Shown here: in pieces, positions 60,753-64,000 of the stretch
Layout of the letters: the number at the start of each line of letters is the position of its first letter
Numbering within the stretch: the first letter of the stretch is position 1
Assembly (NCBI GenBank): GCA_030704615.1
Contig: CM060731.1
Span: 25,110,001-25,174,000 of the forward strand
DNA: 64,000 nucleotides
Direction: 5' to 3'
From: Takakia lepidozioides
Taxonomy: Eukaryota > Plantae > Bryophyta
Program-made: the position numbers and the translations under genes
Notes under the pieces: generated by a model
What the model saw: the letters and a program-made list of their open reading frames with translations, nothing else
What the model was told of the DNA's origin: nothing
Databases searched by the model: none

Positions 60753-63700
60753 TTAGGTTGTATTTGAGTTGAGAGTTAGTTCAACACCAGAGGCAAAGTT
60801 CTTCATAGAGATCCCCACTTTGGAGACAAGGTTGGTGATGTCCATGGAGATGTCAGCTGGGCTCGCCACTCCACGGTTCACCTACACAGAGACTCCCACA
60901 AACTACTAAGGACTCCCATAGAATCCCATCTTAGAAATTAGAGACTGCCCTCAACTTTATTTAGCCAGAAGACTTCCAAGTTCAAGGCAAAAACTGGTGA
61001 GTTGGTCACCACCATCTTGGGTACAAGGCATCTATAGCAGCAATCAGGACATTGTGCAAAGACGTTTAGGGTTTAGGGTCACAGACAGAGGGTAGCCATG
61101 AAAACTGACTACAACGTGATTCCTTGTTGAAGTCCAGCAGTGATATGGACATTTGGCCAGGTTTGAGGCATTCAAAGAAATGCAGAGTCAGTTTTCTGAG
61201 ATTATCTGTGTTAGAGACGTACCGAAAGTGCAGAAACACGTTTTATAAGACCCTGACCATAACCCCTCACTTGAGCCACCACATCTGCCATGTCGGCACG
61301 GGAAACTCGATCTGGACCCCCAACGTTCAGCAGCAGCTGCATGTCTACTCCACCTGCAGCAATTTACTCAATATGAGGTTTGATCACTTACAGTAGAACA
61401 CGTGGCTATTCCAAGAATGTTGGCAATTTGAGATAAAATCATGGAGAAGATGGGATGAAGCAGGATAGGGGAAGACGGGGAAGGTGGAATAGAAGAGAAT
61501 ACAATCGGACGCAATACAACCAGTGAAGGCTCACACACTAGTGGGCCGACTCCTTCAAGTTTTGCCCTCCACTACTCTCTCTGGAGGCTCCTTATGATAG
61601 CATCCCTTGCATTTTTAAAAGTGAAATGAAATGAAATGTCTTTGCAAGAGAGAAAGAAAAAGTGAGTATATTACTTCCATGGATGGGGGGGCCCAAAGGG
61701 CCCAAGGACAGAGAACAGAAACAGAAGCCAAGTACTGAGAGAGACAGAGAGTTGCCTGCAGCTGACTTGGCCATCAAAAGTTCTATCACATTCACCACGT
61801 CCTTCACAAACACAGGGCACCTGTACTCATCATAGAAAAACTCGCCTTCTTTCCCAGATGAAAGCACACCATCTATCCACTGCGCAGTTTTTAAGTGGGC
61901 AAACCAGGTTACTCATGTGCAATAGTCTGAGCAGAAGATATTGTCATAATCAAATCCTATTACCATCTACAACCCTGGGATACCCAAGCTTTGTAGACAA
62001 TTGACTCGGAAAATTCCCTTATTGAACAGGCACCCAAAAACTAGAAGAGTGAAAACTCCAGTAGTACCTGAAGGGGAAGGGTTTTGGGCAATGGAATGAG
62101 GGGTTGGGGCCCATAAATGATGCTACTTCTGAGGATGACATAGTTCAACCAATTTGCTTGCACGACACTCTCAGCAGCCACCTTTGAATGGCCGTAAACA
62201 TTCACGGGTTTGGTCTCATCTTCCTCCTTGTAGAAGGATTTGAGTCCTTCATACACTGCCATCCAAATGTCCATGACAGTCTTGTTAGGTGTACTTTTTA
62301 ACTTTAACCCCAAAGCCTCATGGTCATTGGTCTTGATCCATGTTTACATGCAGCAGAAAATGGGACAAGGGGGAGGTGCATAGAAGGAGAGCAGAAGGGG
62401 GTCCACCACTGGCAAGCTCTGGCATCTGTGCATTATCTTGATGCTTGCCTACAGATATATCGAAAGGGGCGCAGCAGAGCTTAATGGCCTTCACACCAGG
62501 GCAGAAGGATGGCTCCAGTGACAGGCCTTACATCTGTACAGCGAATTCATTCTGGCCTCCCAGGTGCTGTGACCTTGATGTACATGAATCATTCAAGTAG
62601 GACCAAGCATGTTGCCATGGTCTATACTAACAAGATTGAGGAGCTACTCCCTTCCTTGCTCACATGCCCCCGGCCCCGCTCCTCAGAGACTAATCACAGC
62701 TACACATTTGTTTCAGAAGAGGGCCACAGTAGCAATGTTGGCAGCGCATTATGCTGTCCTATCATGTCAATGCCTCCTCAATCCAAAATTAATTCCAAAA
62801 CTTGCTTCCCTGTAACCAGATTTTTGTTGGTTGTACACAAGTCTATGGCAATGTTCTCCTATTCTGACTGGGTTTGGGATCCTACAAAAACTACATCCTC
62901 CAATCAACTCCAGGGCCAAATCCACCTCTACACTGATCGTTTCTCGTGCTCCAACCCAATTATAGCTGAAGACAATGGATCCCTGGACAAAACTGTGGAA
63001 AACAAGTGTCAAGACTTTCCACCCTTTTCCACATTATGTGCTGTGCACGATATCATACATACCTTGATCAGTCGAGAGATGAATGAGAAGCGGAGCAACA
63101 GGGGCGTTGATGGATGCCAGCCATTTGAGCAGAGCACTGGGCACGTTGGTGGTCATAGTTGCTTCAGGGTTGGCCTCGCATGCTCGGGGGACAGACAAGG
63201 CAGCACAGTTTACAACCACGCGTGGCTGCGACCCTCCAACCCCCCGCCCCTGCCTTCAGTCTGCATTTACCCATGGATTTTGATTACTACTCTTAATTAA
63301 CCATGCATCTAGGAATAGAAGGACGTAAGGACATTCGAAGAGCAGAAAATGGCAGAGAAAAGGCAGCACTTTGCTGGATGTGCGAGGTGGAACCCTCAAT
63401 CGTGATGCCTACCGAGCACCACACAGTGAAAATCACAGCTGATCCTTGGTGAAATGATTTCATGTTATAGTTGCCTCTAATGACTTCCAATATATATCAG
63501 GATACGACAGTAATTTGATTATCCGACTCCCTGATTGCAATGGCGAAAAAATGTAGCCTTCTCACACTTTGCTCACCGATAGTGCAACAATGGTTTGTTG
63601 GCATGTCAGAACATCCGTAAAGCGAAAGAGAGAACACTCACAGGGCCCAATGCTGAAGATATGGCATCCAGTCCTGTGCCCGTGCACACATCCACTTGGA

Positions 63701-63878
63701 AGGCCTGCACATTGGGCAGCTTCCTTTGCAATTCTAGCGATGGCGGGTGAGACTTGTAAGTGAATGCTACCCTGCGGAGCACGGAAGGCTGACTAACCAG
63801 TGCTTCCAGCAAATGCATTCCCAGGTACCCAGACCCCCCAACAACAACCACTAGATCTCCAGTGCTTCCATTCTCCAT
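60753..63878 (-). CDS. RmlD-like / methionine adenosyltransferase 2 beta-like NAD(P)-binding Rossmann-fold protein
   Basis: Exons 63878-63642, 63225-63063, 62255-62068, 61879-61756 (GC donor), 61353-61223, 60881-60753: VVGGSGYLG, VVVNCAALSVPRACE, LIHLSTDQVYEG, PVNVYGHSK (YxxxK), ILRSSIIYG, FFYDEYRCPVFVKD, LLNVGGPDRVSR and SPADISMD. Confidence 0.92.
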
Positions 63879-64000
63879 TGCACCACTTCACAGCTCAAAG
63901 AGAAAACCGCAGTGGAGGACCCACAAGAGCAGAGAGTGATGTTTGTCCCAGATCAGTGATTGCAAGCTCGTTAGTGCAGAGTGATGCATGTTCACTGCAC

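Noticed and set aside
61064-61078. (TTTAGGG)2 telomere-like motif
   Set aside because: Only two units; could be chance or a telo-box.
62509-63300. 263-aa plus-strand ORF; weak RT-like words (AWSYLND) on the minus strand of the intron
   Set aside because: It is antisense to an RmlD-like exon and intron with no domain signature, and the RT resemblance is too weak.

Overview
Eukaryotic nuclear DNA from a streptophyte plant, probably a non-seed land plant such as a bryophyte. This is inferred from land-plant-type genes plus Replitron and PHD-Gypsy elements; the species cannot be determined. There are six host genes: a 5'-partial zeta-class GST (112-3759 +), KEEP ON GOING E3 ligase (7308-18835 +, 16 exons), a VIH/PPIP5K inositol-pyrophosphate kinase/phosphatase (29020-51286 +, 30 exons), MIA40 (53896-55415 +), an intronless 2OG-Fe(II) oxygenase-like gene (56831-58657 -) and an RmlD/MAT2B-like gene (60753-63878 -). 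Between KEG and VIH lies a ~9 kb island of decayed transposons. Its highlight is a Ty3/Gypsy pol remnant (20.3-24.7 kb, -) ordered protease, complete DNMT3-like C5-cytosine methyltransferase, [RT/RNase H deleted], integrase, PHD finger. It is a retroelement carrying both a DNA-methylation writer and a putative histone reader. Its 5' end is joined in frame to the end of a degenerate Pif1 helicase-AP endonuclease (Helentron-type) ORF that the ORF track largely misses. That relic abuts a divergently oriented Replitron-like HUH transposase relic, followed by a LINE RNase H fragment. Introns contain many 5'-truncated LINE 3' ends sharing a covarying terminal stem-loop. Other oddities are a CEC instead of CPC redox motif in MIA40 and a 64-nt tRNA-like Pol III unit lacking the anticodon arm. 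Exon and relic coordinates were derived by hand.
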